From: Isurus oxyrinchus
Taxonomy: Eukaryota
NCBI GenBank assembly: GCA_026770705.1
Contig: JANJGN010000011.1
Coordinates: 92,628,001 to 92,692,000 of the forward strand
DNA: 64,000 nt
Direction: 5' to 3'
Below, piece by piece: positions 37,981-50,880 of this stretch. The translations under genes were made by a program, and so were the position numbers. Every line of letters starts with the position of its first letter. The stretch's first letter is position 1. The notes below the pieces were generated by a model. That model was not told the DNA's origin. It did not search any database and was given only the letters and a program-made list of their open reading frames with translations.

Positions 37981-40900
37981 TAACACAGCACCATATTTGT
38001 CTATGCAATTTATTGCAGAATATGATTGTAATTATAGGAAAACTATTTTTATAACCATAAGATGTGAAATTAATTTCAATACCAACAGAATAATTTACTT
38101 GTACTATAGTCCATAGAGCAATCATAATTACATAAACAATAATCAAGTGGCGAAGACATTTAAGAAGGGAAGGAACATATGCAGACTTGGTCTGTTCAAA
38201 ATAGCCGAGTGTGGCATAATACAGTCACTTTATATTTTGGGCAATTTCTTGTGTTCTGAATTATTCTTTTTAGAAGTTTGTTGTAGGATATGATGTTGTA
38301 ATATGATTTTAAAATCCTGTATAACTGTTGTAATCCTCTCTGAAAATATTATTACACAAACAATCAAAGCGTTTTTGTAAAGAATGTCTGCATTGATCTG
38401 AGGTTACATTTGTTTCATAACTCTAAAGTAACATGAAGTTTTCTTCTCCAGGTGGTATTATAAATTATTGCAATGAGTGAGAGAGACTATATAATTATTT
38501 TAGTTTCTTCCCCTGGATTTACCAGTTTAAAAAAAACAACTAATTCGAATCAATTGTGACAAAATTGTGGAAGTTTAAACAAGTCTCAGTGAGTTGCATC
38601 ATCACAATCACCTTATAATAAGCTTCAGGAAATTGAGATGTGGCAAAGTAAACCATGTTTATCAGATTAAATCCTATTGATTAGGAAACCAGTTGAGAGG
38701 AAGTCATAGTCCAGCTGCATTGCTACATATGCTATAGTATATATTATATCCTATAGTCTGCACCAAAAGGCAAAACAAATGATTTCCTGTAAGCAAGTAG
38801 AAAAATCACATAAAACAGTATTAATTCAAAAGTTAAACTCAAGAATAAACAAAACTAAAATTGTCATAAACATGTTGTAAAACCTGTTCTATACAAACAA
38901 TACCAACTCTGGACACACTTCAGTTACATACAGAGTGACAGCAACGATCAAGACCCAGAGTCCCTCTTTTACTTCTTGCTAAACTCCAGGCTTAATTCCA
39001 TATTTCAGGTGAGGATTAACCATTAAAAGATAACCGCATGCCAATTTGTGTGCCATAGACTGGGAGTGGTGCCTGATGATCTTTTTGGCAGGTGAAGCAC
39101 ACTCTAAACATGCTTAAACAATCCAGCTTGTCATGTGCAATCAGCCCTTTGCCTACACACAATATTTTTGAGCACATGCACTGTAGAGAAAGAATGCAGC
39201 CCCAGCAAACCTCAAGAGAAATTTAAAAGGGTGCAAAACATCTAATAAGAATGCCATTTTGCAAATGGTCATGTGGCTGCATTGAAGTTGAAAGTCATTC
39301 TGCAGTCATATGAAGTCTGATAATTTTAAGTAATGGAGTGCCTGACCTATCCTGTGGACAGTGGGGCAAGAAATTGGGCTTGGTAGTGCCTTTTCTTTGA
39401 GTGCTTTGAGTGCTCTTAGAGTTCGAAAAGGGCATCCTTGGTGCATGCACGTTTCTGATGTGAAGCACGCCCCACACCATCTTGAAAAAAACACTAGCAC
39501 ATGTGCAGTTAACATCTGTAGGAAGTATGCAGAGAAAGCAGATCATGACATTGATCAGTATACAATCTTGATTGATGGAACTCAAAACTTCAGCTAATTC
39601 TACTATTAAACTCACACAATGGAAGATATGTTAAACAGCAGGAAGGATTCCCCCATAAATGCTATTTATAGGAATTATCAACAAACCTACAAGTGAGTTG
39701 CTGGTTGATTTCTTCTGGATATTGCCACAATTCCGCACATTATGGTGCTTTCTGTAATTATTTCAAGGGCAGAATTTTTTGTGCCCGCCAGCTTCGGGTG
39801 TGATCAATGGCGTGAATGGACAATATGGTGCGATTGGTTTTATGATGGCAGGAAGCAGTTCACAATCATTTGCTCAGCCCGCCATTGGCAGGCCACATTT
39901 CCCACCATTCGACGTCGGGAACCTCATTATCATACATTAACACATCATGATCAGGCAGTCCATCGGAATTGAGGCGCCCCCCCCCCCCTCCCCCACCGCT
40001 GGATCATCTGTCCACATCGGCAGGGAAGCACACCGATGTGTTTCACAACAGGACATCAGCGACACGCACTTGGCAGCCTATGCTTTGAGGGGAACTCGGA
40101 GGTGAGTACACAGTAACATTGTGCAGCACTTGCCAGGTTTGCCTGTTGGACTTCAAGCTTGAGGGGCTCTGGGGGGGATGGGGGTGAGTTTCAGGGTTAA
40201 GGACAACCCTGCCATTGAAGTGACTTGTGGGTGAGGGGGGATGGGGCAAGGCCAGCCCTGCCATTCGAGCGACTTGTGGAGGTGGGGTCCAAGGGCCTGC
40301 CATTGAATATAGCACACATGCATTTGGGGTGGGGGAGTAGGGTGGGAGAGGGAAGTAGCAATGCATTAGGGAAATCTGTATAAAGTGACCATTCCTCAGC
40401 AACTCAGACAGTTCAAGTGCAGCCGCATTGATATGATTGGAGTTGGGCTTCTAGCTTATCTGCCCACTCAAGCAATACAGAGGCATCAAAGTGCCACCAA
40501 CCGCTCCAAAGCTTTTCACCCTGCTCCCATCCACACTACAGCAACACCCCCGCCATAGACTGCAAAGTCATGAGCATTTTAGTGGACTGCAGAACAGTTG
40601 GATGACTGCACACGTTGTACAATCTCCTCACTAAAGCTGGCCATGTGCAGTCACTGCTGGAGATGCTCACAGCCCCTTGCAATGTCAGCATCCTTTGGAC
40701 CAGTCTCCCCCATAGTTCAAGCTAGCAGTGCGGTCTTGCTGCGCAGGTTAGGAGAATGCCTGTGCCTGAGCTGAGAGCATAGGATGCAATCCAATGTGCA
40801 AATCTGCCGCCAATCAGGTCGATTGGCGTGGAAGTAGTGGGGTTTTGGGCAGCCATGCGGCGCACTAATCTCTGGCCATCCAAGTGGTGGCCAGCACTCT

Positions 40901-40982
40901 CCAGGAATTGTTAAGGGACCTTCACATTTAACCAGGACAGGTTCTTAGTGCACCCATTCTGCAGAAGGAGTACATCAGGATC

Positions 40983-42220
40983 ATGGAGCCTGGTGAACTA
41001 CCTATATGCCTGATGGCCTACAGAGCATGAAGACAACAGAGGAGAGAGTGACTGAGGCTCCTGGCTGCACAGAGGCAGGAGCAGCAACCTCAGGAAGAAT
41101 GGTTGACTGGGGCTCCTGCACACGCTGCCCAAGAGCCACAGCGAGCCTTTGCAGGCCGGCGCGTAGCGACATCCAGGGTCTGAAGACACCGCCTTTCATC
41201 CTTACAGATGATGGAGAACTAGTGTTGCCGGAGACTGTGCATGTCTGGGAAAATGATAGGTCATATCTGCCAGTTACTGCAGGATTTGGTGCCACGGGAA
41301 CATGGCGGGCATCCACTGCCAATGGGTGTGAAAGTGACTGCAGCGCTCAATTTCTACACCAGTGGCTCCTTTCAGGGCTCCACAATTGATCTCTGGGATT
41401 GCACAAGCCTCTGCCCACAAAGGCATCCATGAGGTCTTGGATGCCACCTTTGCGAGGACACACAACTTTGTGCATTTTGCCTGGGACCAGGACAGCCAGG
41501 GTGTAAGAGCAATTGGAATCGCCCAGATCTCGGGTTTCCCACAAGTGCAGGGTGCGATTGACTGCACTCATGTGGCACTCAGATTTCCGTTGCAATGCAC
41601 AGTGGACTACATCACCTGCAAGAGGCTCCATTCTCTGCATGTGCAGCTGGTGTGTGACCACCAAAAACACATCCTGCAGGTGTGCGCATGGTTTCCAGGG
41701 ACACCTACATCTTCAGTCGGTCACAGATCCCTGGGGTCTTCCAGGGTCCATGGAGGCTGCAGCGATGGCTCCTCGGGGACAAGGACTACCCATAGCAGCC
41801 GTGGCTAATGACACCTATGCAGTGGCCTCAGGCTGCAGCAGAATGATGCTATATTGAGGGTCATGCAGCAACTCGCAACTTGGTGAAGCAGGCCATTGGG
41901 ATGCTGAAGATGAGGTTCGGGTGCCTGGACCAGTCCGGTGGAGCCCTGCAATATAGTCCACAGAGGGTGTCACACATTGTCATCATCTGCTGCACCCTTT
42001 ACAACCTGGTGCTGCAACAGGGAGAGGAGCTGGCTGAGGAGGAGATGGAGGAGCTGGAGGTCTCCTCTGATAAAAAGGACGCTGACGGGGATGAGGGTAA
42101 AGAGGTCCTCGAAGGCAATGATGATGGGATGAGGCCCTTGCACTGGCCAGACGAGGCAGGTGCACTCAGGAGGCCCTCATAGCTGCCAGATTTGTGAAGG
42201 ATGATGACAAAATGCAGTGA
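40983..42220 (+). pseudogene. Harbinger DDE transposase, disrupted
   Basis: AALNFYTSGSFQG, ISGFPQVQGAIDCTHVAL, HSLHVQLVCDH, WLLGDK, VKQAIGMLKMRFGCLD..GGALQYSP, CCTLYNL, with frameshifts. Confidence 0.92.
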
Positions 42221-42935
42221 GGTGATCTCATAGTTCCTCACTTTGCACCTGTGAATATTTGACTCCAATTGGCTTATAGCAGCTCAAATACCCTCTGTGA
42301 GAATGCTCTTGCCATGGAGACACATTGGAGGCCTTAATAGTCGCGCGATTGTGGGAGGATGATAACGACATGCAGTGAGGACACTCCATAGATCTTCACA
42401 GAGTCTCTGAGAATGTCTGACTCCTGTCTGGCTGAGGGCAGCCCACTTGCGTTCTGTGATCAGGGTCATATCATAAAGACGCAGCCATGAAACTTTAGAA
42501 GCATCTGATTCTTTGTCCGCCCTCAGCACCTGACCCCTTCAGGAGCTGAAGTGTCACTGATCACAGATGCTGAAGAGGTGGGCCAGCCTCATCTTAAAGG
42601 TGCTGAGAGCACACTGAGAGAATGAGAGAACTCTGTGGCGCTGCCCACTATATTCTGGCAGCAATGACCAGCACTGCCAAGGTGCAAGCATCAGTCATGT
42701 TTCCAGGTTGTGTGAGGCCGATCATTGCTTTGGTCCAAAGGCTGCACAAAGCACAGGGAAGAGGCCCTAGACTGAGACACCAGCCTTTATCTTGTGCAGA
42801 AAGGTTTCACATCTGAGTGACAAGAACAGTGTTCATCAGAACAGGAAGCCATAGGCAGGGGGCCATTCTTGGGAGTTTATTTAAAATAGTGAACAGTATA
42901 TACAAGTGATTAACACCTGTGCCCAGGCTGTGCAA

Positions 42936-45900
42936 TTAATTTTCCTTACGTTTCCTAACCCTGCCGCTCGTCTTGGTGCTCCCTGGACATTCACAGCGGA
43001 GGTGGAGGCAGCATGCTGACTGTGACGCCCTGCCTGTGATAACCTTGGTCAGGTCCTCTGGAGGGCCTAGACCTGGAGAGCCCTGACCTCCTTTCGGCCT
43101 GTGAAGCTGGAGCTGCTGAGGCCGCAGAAAGAGGGAATTTGGATGGGTTGGACACTCCTGGAGTCACCGGGATGGATGGGCCCGAAGTCTGCACCTGTGG
43201 ATCTTCCTCCCTATGGGCGCTCAGGGGCCCCAGGCTGAATCCTTGAGGAGCAGGGGTAGCTGGTGTGAGATCAAGCTGCCCAGCACTCCTCTTACATATA
43301 CATTGTTGGAGGCCAACTATAGCATCAGCGATGGAGTTGAGCCCCTGCAGCAGCGCAGGAGCAACATCCTGGATCATTGTCTCCATGGGGGACTGCCATC
43401 CTACTAGTGTTAACCTCGGTGCATTAGCATGCCAGCGCTATCACCTCAGACTGAACGTGGACAGGCTCCTCCATTGTGCCTTGCAATCTGAGGAGTACAG
43501 TGGACATCCCTTCTTGATGTTCCCGAGCTTGCCTTTGCAGCTTCAGCAACTGACATGATTGAGTCCAGAGGCTCGTCATCTGACTCGGACTCAGCAAATT
43601 TCTGGCCTCCTGCAGTCCTCAAGGTGTCAGACGCCAGGGAGGTCCCTGTTGCCACCTTAGTGCAATTGCTCACCAGATTGTGATCCCGAGGCTATTCTAA
43701 AGCTAGGTCCCACCAGGGTGTGTGCCTGCACTGGTCGAGGATGTGGGTGAGTGCTGTGACAGGACTTCAAGGAGGGTGCGTCCAGATTCATCTTCAGGGG
43801 TTTCTTCGGGTTTGATTGGAGGCCCTGGGTCATGGACTCTATCAGCTGTTTCCCACATTTGCCTGCGGAATCAAGGAGAGATAATAAATGCAGGAACATG
43901 ACAGATTAATCACTGCATGGTTGTCTGATGTATGAAGTCTCATGGCATCAGGTCAAACATGGGCAAGCAAACCCTCTGCTGATTACCACGTACTGCCTGC
44001 CCTCAGCTGATGAATCAGTATTCTCCCATGTTGAACATCACTTGGAGGAAGTACTCAGGGTGGCAAGGGTGCAGAATATTTTCTGGGTGGGGGACTTCAA
44101 TATCCATCACCAAGAGTGGCTCTGTAGCACCACTACTGACCGAGCTGGCTGAGTCCTAAATGACATAGCTGCTAGATTGGGTCTGCGGTGAGGGAGCCAA
44201 CAAGAGGGAAAACCATACTTGACCTCATCCTCATCAACCTGCCTGCCGCAGATGCATCTGTCCGTGACAGTATCGATAGGATTGACCACTGCACAGTCAA
44301 TGTGGAGACGAAGTCCCGCTTTACATTGAGGATACCCTCCATCAAATTGGGTGGCACTATCATCATGCTAAATGGGATAGATTTCAAACAGATCTAGCAA
44401 CTCAAGACTGGGCATCCATGAGGCACTGTGGGCCATCAGCAGCAGCAGAGTTGTACTCAACCACATGGCCCGGCATATCCCCCACTCTACCATTACCATC
44501 AAGCCAGGGGATCAGCCCTGGTTCAATGAAGAGTGCAGGAGGGCATGCCAGGAGCAAGCACCAGGCATACCTAAAAATGAGGTGTCAACCTGGTGAAGCT
44601 ATAAAACAGGACTACTTGTGTGTCAAACAGCATAAGCAGCAAGTGATGAACAGAGCTAAGTGATCACACAACCAATGGATCAGATCTAAGCTCTACAGTC
44701 CTGCCACATTCAGTCGTGAATGGTGGTGGACAATTAAACAACTCACTGGAGGAGGTGGCTCCACAAATATCCCCATCCTCAATGATGGAGGAGCCCAGCA
44801 CAGCAATGCAAAAGATAAGGCTGAAGCATTCACAACAATCTTCAGACAGAAGTGCCGAGTGGATGATCCATCTATGCCTTCTCCGGAGGTGCCCAGCATC
44901 ACAGATACCAATCTTCAGCCAATTCAATTCACTCCATGTGGTATCAAGAAATGACTAAAGGCATTGGATACTGCAAAGGCTATGGGCCCTGACAACATTC
45001 TGGCAATGGTATTGAAGACTTTTGCTCTAGAACTTGCTGTGCACATAGCCAAGCTGGACACCACCCAGGACAAAGCAGTCTGCTTGATTGGTACCACATC
45101 CACAAACATTCACTCCCTCCAGCACCAATACACATTAGCAGCAGTGTGTACCATCTACAAGATGCACTGCAGGAATTCACCAAGGCTCCTTGGACAGCAC
45201 CTTCCAAACCCATGACCACTACCACCTAGAAGGACAAGGGCAGCAGATAGATAGGAACACCACCACTTGGAAGTTTCCCTCCAAGTCAATCACCATCCTG
45301 ACTTGGAAATATACTGCCGTTCCTTCACTGTCGCCGGGTCAAAATCTTGGAACTCCCTTCCTAACAGCACTGTGGGTGTACCTACTCCCCAAGGACTGCT
45401 GCGGTTCAAAAAGGCAGCTCACCACCACCTTCTCAAGGGCAACTAGGGATGGGCAATAAATGCTGGCCCGGCCAGCGAAGCCCACATCCCGTGAATGAAT
45501 AAAAAAAATGTTGCACTGCTTGACCCACACATGGTAGAGCACCACAAACCTCACCGTCAGCGCGGGAACAATCCAGATCCTCGCTGGCCGGCTGGATGGC
45601 TCTGTTTTCAAAGTCCTTGAGGACCTTGATTTCAGCATTCTGCCACCGGTCAGTGACCTCTCCCTCTTGTGTGCCAGCTTGTCCTGCATGGATAGGGATA
45701 TAGAAAGTGTAAGCAGCACACCTGCTAGGCCAGATGAAAAGAATGCCTGGCCTGTGTGGATGGTGAGTGGTCCCATGGGCGGGATAAGGACAATGACAGT
45801 GAGTGTGAGAGAGTGAATGGTGATGTCCCTTGAGCTGGCAGTGAGTGAGATCACTGTGGATGGGTGATAGGTTTGTGCGTGTGTGAATTGAAAGTGATAA

Positions 45901-46147
45901 GAGTGACTTATCCTGGTGAAATGATCATTCACCCTCTTACGGCACTGGTGGCTGTCCTCTTTGGAAGGGTGTATGCACTGACCACCGCTGCCACCACCTC
46001 CCAAGCTAGGTTAATGCTGTTGCTGCCCATCCCGCGGCCAGAGCAGGAGGTAGAAGACTTCCTGGTGGGCCTCCTTGGCATCCAGAAGGTGCTTGACGAA
46101 TACGTCGCTGACCTGGGGGCTGCAGCCTTCTTCAGTTTCAGGGCCAT
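42936..46147 (-). pseudogene. Harbinger Myb/SANT-like gene (3 exons), disrupted, with a LINE inserted in intron 2
   Basis: MALKLKKAAAPR.., WEVVAAVVSA..QCRKRVND, MQDKLAHKRERSLTGG and a C-terminal RKRKEN*. Collinear with 1051-2484. Confidence 0.85.
43931..45508 (+). mobile_element. APE-type non-LTR retrotransposon (CR1/L2 group), 5'-truncated and lacking the RT core
   Basis: WVGDFNIHHQEWL, EPTRGKTILDLIL, KAMGPDNILA..LK, then an abrupt jump to LDTTQDKAV.LI. Tail GGGCAATAAATGC...GAATGAATAAAAAAAA. Confidence 0.88.
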
Positions 46148-46414
46148 GTCCTCCATGCAGCAGTGGTAGTCTGGAAACACCAAGATATGTGCTTGTGGCT
46201 GGACTTTAAATATGGTGCCCAGTGTGATGCAGCAGCGAGGTGATGGCAGACAGACAAATGAGAGCCCGCTAGCGTTGGAAACGGGAATGCATAAATAATG
46301 TGGCGGGTTGGGAATGAAATGGCATGAAAACCCACCATCACAGCCAATGGGTAAAATGTCATTTTATCTGCCTGCTACCGCACCTAGTGCAAATCTGGGA
46401 AAACTTCACCCCAA

Positions 46415-46725
46415 GTTTCAAAAGTCTATAGGTGGCTGTGTGGCAAAAGCTGATTTTTTTTTTGCTGACTTCAAGGCTTCAGCAGAAACTAATTGATCCC
46501 AGATATGGTGCACCAGTATGCATTTCTCCTTGAAAACAATATGACTGGGAGGGTGAGAAAAGATCATGCAAAGCAGGGCAAGTTGCTGGAAGAGGGAGGA
46601 GAGGAGTGGGAGAAGTGCAGGATGGTATATCTTTCCAAGGTACTCATGGAGAAATTCTCCTAACTGAACCTCAATGACAACCAATATTTTAGACCGCTGC
46701 ACTTTACTGAGGAGGCCCACACTAA
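46415..46725 (+). mobile_element. Old Harbinger transposase N-terminal remnant
   Basis: Arg-rich stretch followed by FS*LNLNDNQYFRPLHFTEE, similar to the other transposase N-termini. Cut by the CR1. Confidence 0.45.
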
Positions 46726-49700
46726 GTAGTGGAGTAGTTCATGAAGCAGATGTACAGGAGTGTGGAATAGTACCTATGGTGGGCTGTTGAAGCACTCAGT
46801 ACTGTCAACTGGAGTAGAGAGACTGGGACCAGGAAAAAAAATATTTATTTTTGGTCAGTGCTGGAGTGCTGTTTTGGGCTGCATTAAAATGCTTAAGGTG
46901 GAGTTTGCTGAGAGAGGAAGTCCAGTGAAGAGGGAAGGAGGTGATCCTTACATTTTCTACCTTTCATCAGTAAGAAGAGCGGCAGCCTTGATAACTGGGA
47001 CTTGGTGAGTATTTCTTCTGTACTTAATATTTTCTAAACTAGAGGAAGTAAAAGTAAAGGGAGTAATTTAAGAGTAAGTCATGACAAGTCAGCTTGACCA
47101 AGTGGAATGCTCCTCCTGTGCAATGTGGGAAGTCAGGGACACTTCCAGTGTCCAGGGTGACCACGTGTGCAGGAAGTGTCTCCAGCTGCAGCTACTCAAA
47201 ATCCACATTTCAGAGCTGGCGCTGCAGCTGGAATCACTGTGGATCATCTGCAAAGATGAGATCTTCATGGATAGCACGTGGTAGTCACACCACAGGTAAA
47301 GAGTGCACAGACAGAAAGGGAATGGGTGATGCCAGACGGAGTAAAAGCACTGGGCAGGTAGTGCAGGAGTCTCCTGGATAATGCTGGGGGAGATTGTTTC
47401 TCATGGCAATGCAGCAAGAGCCAAGTTGGTGGCACCATGAGTGGATCAGCTGCATGGGGGGAGAAAAAGAGTGGGAGAGCAATAGTGATAGTGGATTCTA
47501 TCATAAGGTGAACAGATAGATGTTTCTGTGGCCGCAGACGTGACACCTGGATGATATGTTGCCTCCCTGGTGCCAGGGTCAAGGATGTCACTAAGCGGCT
47601 ACAGGACATTCTGGTGAACAGCCAGAGGTAGTGATCCATATTGGTGCCATATGGTAAAAAGAGAGATGAGATCCTGAAAGCAGAATATAAGGATCTAGGA
47701 AATAAATTAAAAAGCAGGACTTCAAAGATAGCAATTTCAGGATTACTCCCAGTGCCACATGCTAGCGAGATCAGGAATATAAGAATAGACCAGATAAATA
47801 CGCTCTTCTGAGTGCCCAGCTATAACCTTCTTAATGATCGATTCTAATAACTTCCCCAAAACAGATGTCAAACTAACTAGCCTATAGTTTCCTGTTTTCT
47901 GCCTCCCTCACTTCTTGAAGAGAGGGAAACAAAGATAGGAATGAAAGACAGAAAAGTAGAAAGCAAAAGTGGAAGGCAGAGGAAACAAGGGCCAGCAGCA
48001 AATGGGGTCATAGTTCAAAAAAAAATGTGTAAAAATGTTGAAAGACAAGTCAAAAGGTATTGTATCTGAATGCACAGAGCATTTGCAATAAGGTGACAAA
48101 TTAACAGTGCAAATAGATGTAAATGGATGCGATATGATTGTGATTATGGAGACATGGCTGCACGGTGGGAACTGAATATCCACGGTACTGGATATATAGG
48201 AAGGGCAAGAAAGATGGAAAAGGAGGTGGCGTTGTTAGTTAAGGATGCAATCAGTGCAATAGTGAGAGAGGATATTGGCTTAGAAAATGTAGATGTAGAA
48301 TCAGTCTGGGCAGAGCTAAGTAGCAACAAAGGGAGGAAAACATTAGTGGGAATTGTCTATAGGCCTTCAAACAGTAGTGGTAAGGTAGGGGATGACATTA
48401 AAGAGGAAATTAGAGATGCATGTAACAAGGATGCTACAATAATCATGGGTGACTTTAGTCTACATATAGAATGGGCAAACCAAATTAGCAATAATATTGT
48501 GGCAGGCGAATTCCTGGAGTGTGAATGAGATGGTTTTTTAAACCAGTACATCAAGGAAGCAACTGGAGAACAAGCTATCCTAGATTTGGTATTGTGCAAT
48601 GAGAGGGGGGGTAATTAATAATCTTGTTATGTGGGGTCCTTTAGGGAAGACTGACCATAACATGATAGAATTCTTCATTAGGAAAGAAAGTGAAGTAGTC
48701 TGATCTAAAACTAGGGTCCTAAATCTAAACAAATGAAACCACAAAGGTTTCAGGCATGAGTTGGCTAAGATAGATTGAGGAACTTCATTTTAAGGCATGA
48801 TTTTGCACAGCAATGGCTAATATTTAAGGAACAAATATATGCATTGCAACAGTTATACATTCCTTTCTGGCACAAGAACACAACAGGAGAAGTGGCCCAA
48901 CCAGGAATAACAAAATAAATTAAGGGTAGTATTAGATCCAAAAAGAAGTAGTATAAAGTTGCTGGAAAAGGTAGCATGCCTGAGGATTGGGACCAGTTTA
49001 GAATTCAGCAAAGGAGGACCATGAGATTGATTGAGAGGGGAAAATATATGAGGGTATGAGAGTAAACTTGTAAGGAACATAAAAGCTTCTATAGTTATGT
49101 AAAAAGAAAAAGATTAGTGAAGACAAATGTAGGTCCCTTACTGTCTGAAAGAAGAGAATTTATGATAGGGAACATGGAAATGGCAGAGCAATTAAACAAC
49201 TTTTATTTCTGTCTTCACAGAGGAAGAAACAAATAACTTCCCAGAAATGCTAGGGAACCAAGGGTCTAGGGTGAAGGAGGGATTGAAGGAAATCAGTATT
49301 ACTAAAAAAAAGTGCTGGAGAAATTAATGGGACTAAAAGCCGATATATCTGCAAGGCCTGATAATCTACATCCCAGGGTTCTAAAGGAGGTAGCCATGGA
49401 AATAATGAATGTGTTGGTTGTCATCTTGCAAAATTTGGTAGATCCAGTCTTGGCATATTGGAAAGTGGCAAATGTAACCCCACTATTTAAAAAAAAGGAG
49501 GGAGGGAATTACAGACTGATTAGTCTAACATCAGTAGCAGAGAAAATGCTAGAGTCTATTATAAAGGATGTGATAACAGGACACTTAGAAAATATAAACA
49601 TGATTAGATAAAGTCAACATGGGTTTATGAAGGGAAATCATGTTTGACAAACCTGCTGGAGTTTTTTGAGGACACAACTAGCAGAATAGATAAGGGAGAA

Positions 49701-50880
49701 ACAGTGGATGTGTATTTGGATTTTTAGAAAGCGTTTGATAAAGCCTCACATAAGAGGTTAGTGTGCAAAATTAAATCACATGGAATTGGGGGTAATATAT
49801 TGGCATCAAGTGAGATTTGGTTAGCAGACATAAAGTAGGAATAAATGGGTCTTTTTTGGAGTAGCAGGCAGTGAATAGTGGGACACAACAGGGGTCAGTG
49901 CTTGGGCCCCAGCTTTTTACAATATATATAGGAACCAAATGTAATATTTCCAAGTTTGCTGACAACATGAAACTTGGTGGGAATTTAAGTGGTGAGGAGG
50001 ATGTTCTGTGGCTTCAAGGCAATTTAGACAGGTTGAGTGAGTGGTCAAATACATGGCAGATGCAATAAAAGTAGATAAGCATCAAGTTATCCTCTTCGGT
50101 AGGAAAAACAGAATAGCAGAGTATTATTTAAATGGTGATAGATTGGGAAATGTTGATGTACAAAGGGACCTGAGTGTGCTTGTACACTGCCACTGAAAGC
50201 AAGCATGCAGGTGCAGCAAGCAGTTAAGAAGGCAAATGGCATGTTGGTCTTCATTGCAACAGGACTTGAGTCCTCACAGGAGCAAGGTTGTCTTACTGCA
50301 GCTGTACAGGGCCTTGATGAGAAAACCTATAAAATTGTGTGCATTTTGTTCTCCTTACCTAAGAAAGGATATACTTGACAAAGAGGGAGTGCAGGGAAGG
50401 TTCACCAGACTGATTCCTGGGATGGTAGGATTGTTGTATGAGGAGAGATTATGTCGGCTGGGACTGTATTCACTGGAATTTAGAAGAATGAGAGGAGATC
50501 TCATTGAAATGTATAAAATTCTGAGGGCTGGACAGATTGGATGCAGGGATGATATTTCCTCTGGCTGGGAGTCTAGAGCAAGGGGTCACAGTCTCAGGAT
50601 ATGGGGTAGGCCATTTAGGACTGAGATGAAGAGAAACATCTTCACTCAGAGGGTGGTGAACTTGTGGAATTCTCTACCGCAGAGGCTGTGGAGGCCAAGT
50701 CACTGATTATATTTAAGAAGGAAATAGTTAGATTTCTAGATTGTAAATGTCTCAAGTGGTATGGGGTGAGAGTGGGAGTATGGCATTGAGAAGGAGAATA
50801 AGCCATAATCATATTGAATGGCGGAGCAGGCTCGAAGGGCCGAATGACCTAGTCCTGCTCCTATTTTTTATGTTTCTATG
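46725..50880 (+). mobile_element. Near full-length decayed CR1 LINE
   Basis: ORF1: MTSQLDQVECSSCAMWE..HVCRKCLQLQLL and AIVIVDSIIR. ORF2: LYLNAQSI, IVYRP, IMGDF, PDNLHPRVLKE, QGSVLGPQLFTIYI, SKFADNMKL, FTQRVVNLWNSLP. 3' GGCTCGAAGGGCCGAATG..TATGTTTCTATG. Confidence 0.94.

Larger units (their letters stand above)
39767..46411. mobile_element. Full-length two-gene Harbinger transposon (about 5.1 kb plus a 1.6 kb nested LINE)
   Basis: CAA|GGGCAGAATTTT...GCAAATCTGGGAAAACTTCACCC|CAA gives a 3-bp TSD. Both termini match the copies at 2771, 4828, 5940 and 7177. Confidence 0.92.

Noticed and set aside
39300-39695. Coding exon in the ORFs at 39295-39615 and a donor at about 39693
   Set aside because: No recognisable homology, no convincing acceptor, and stops in every frame across the span.
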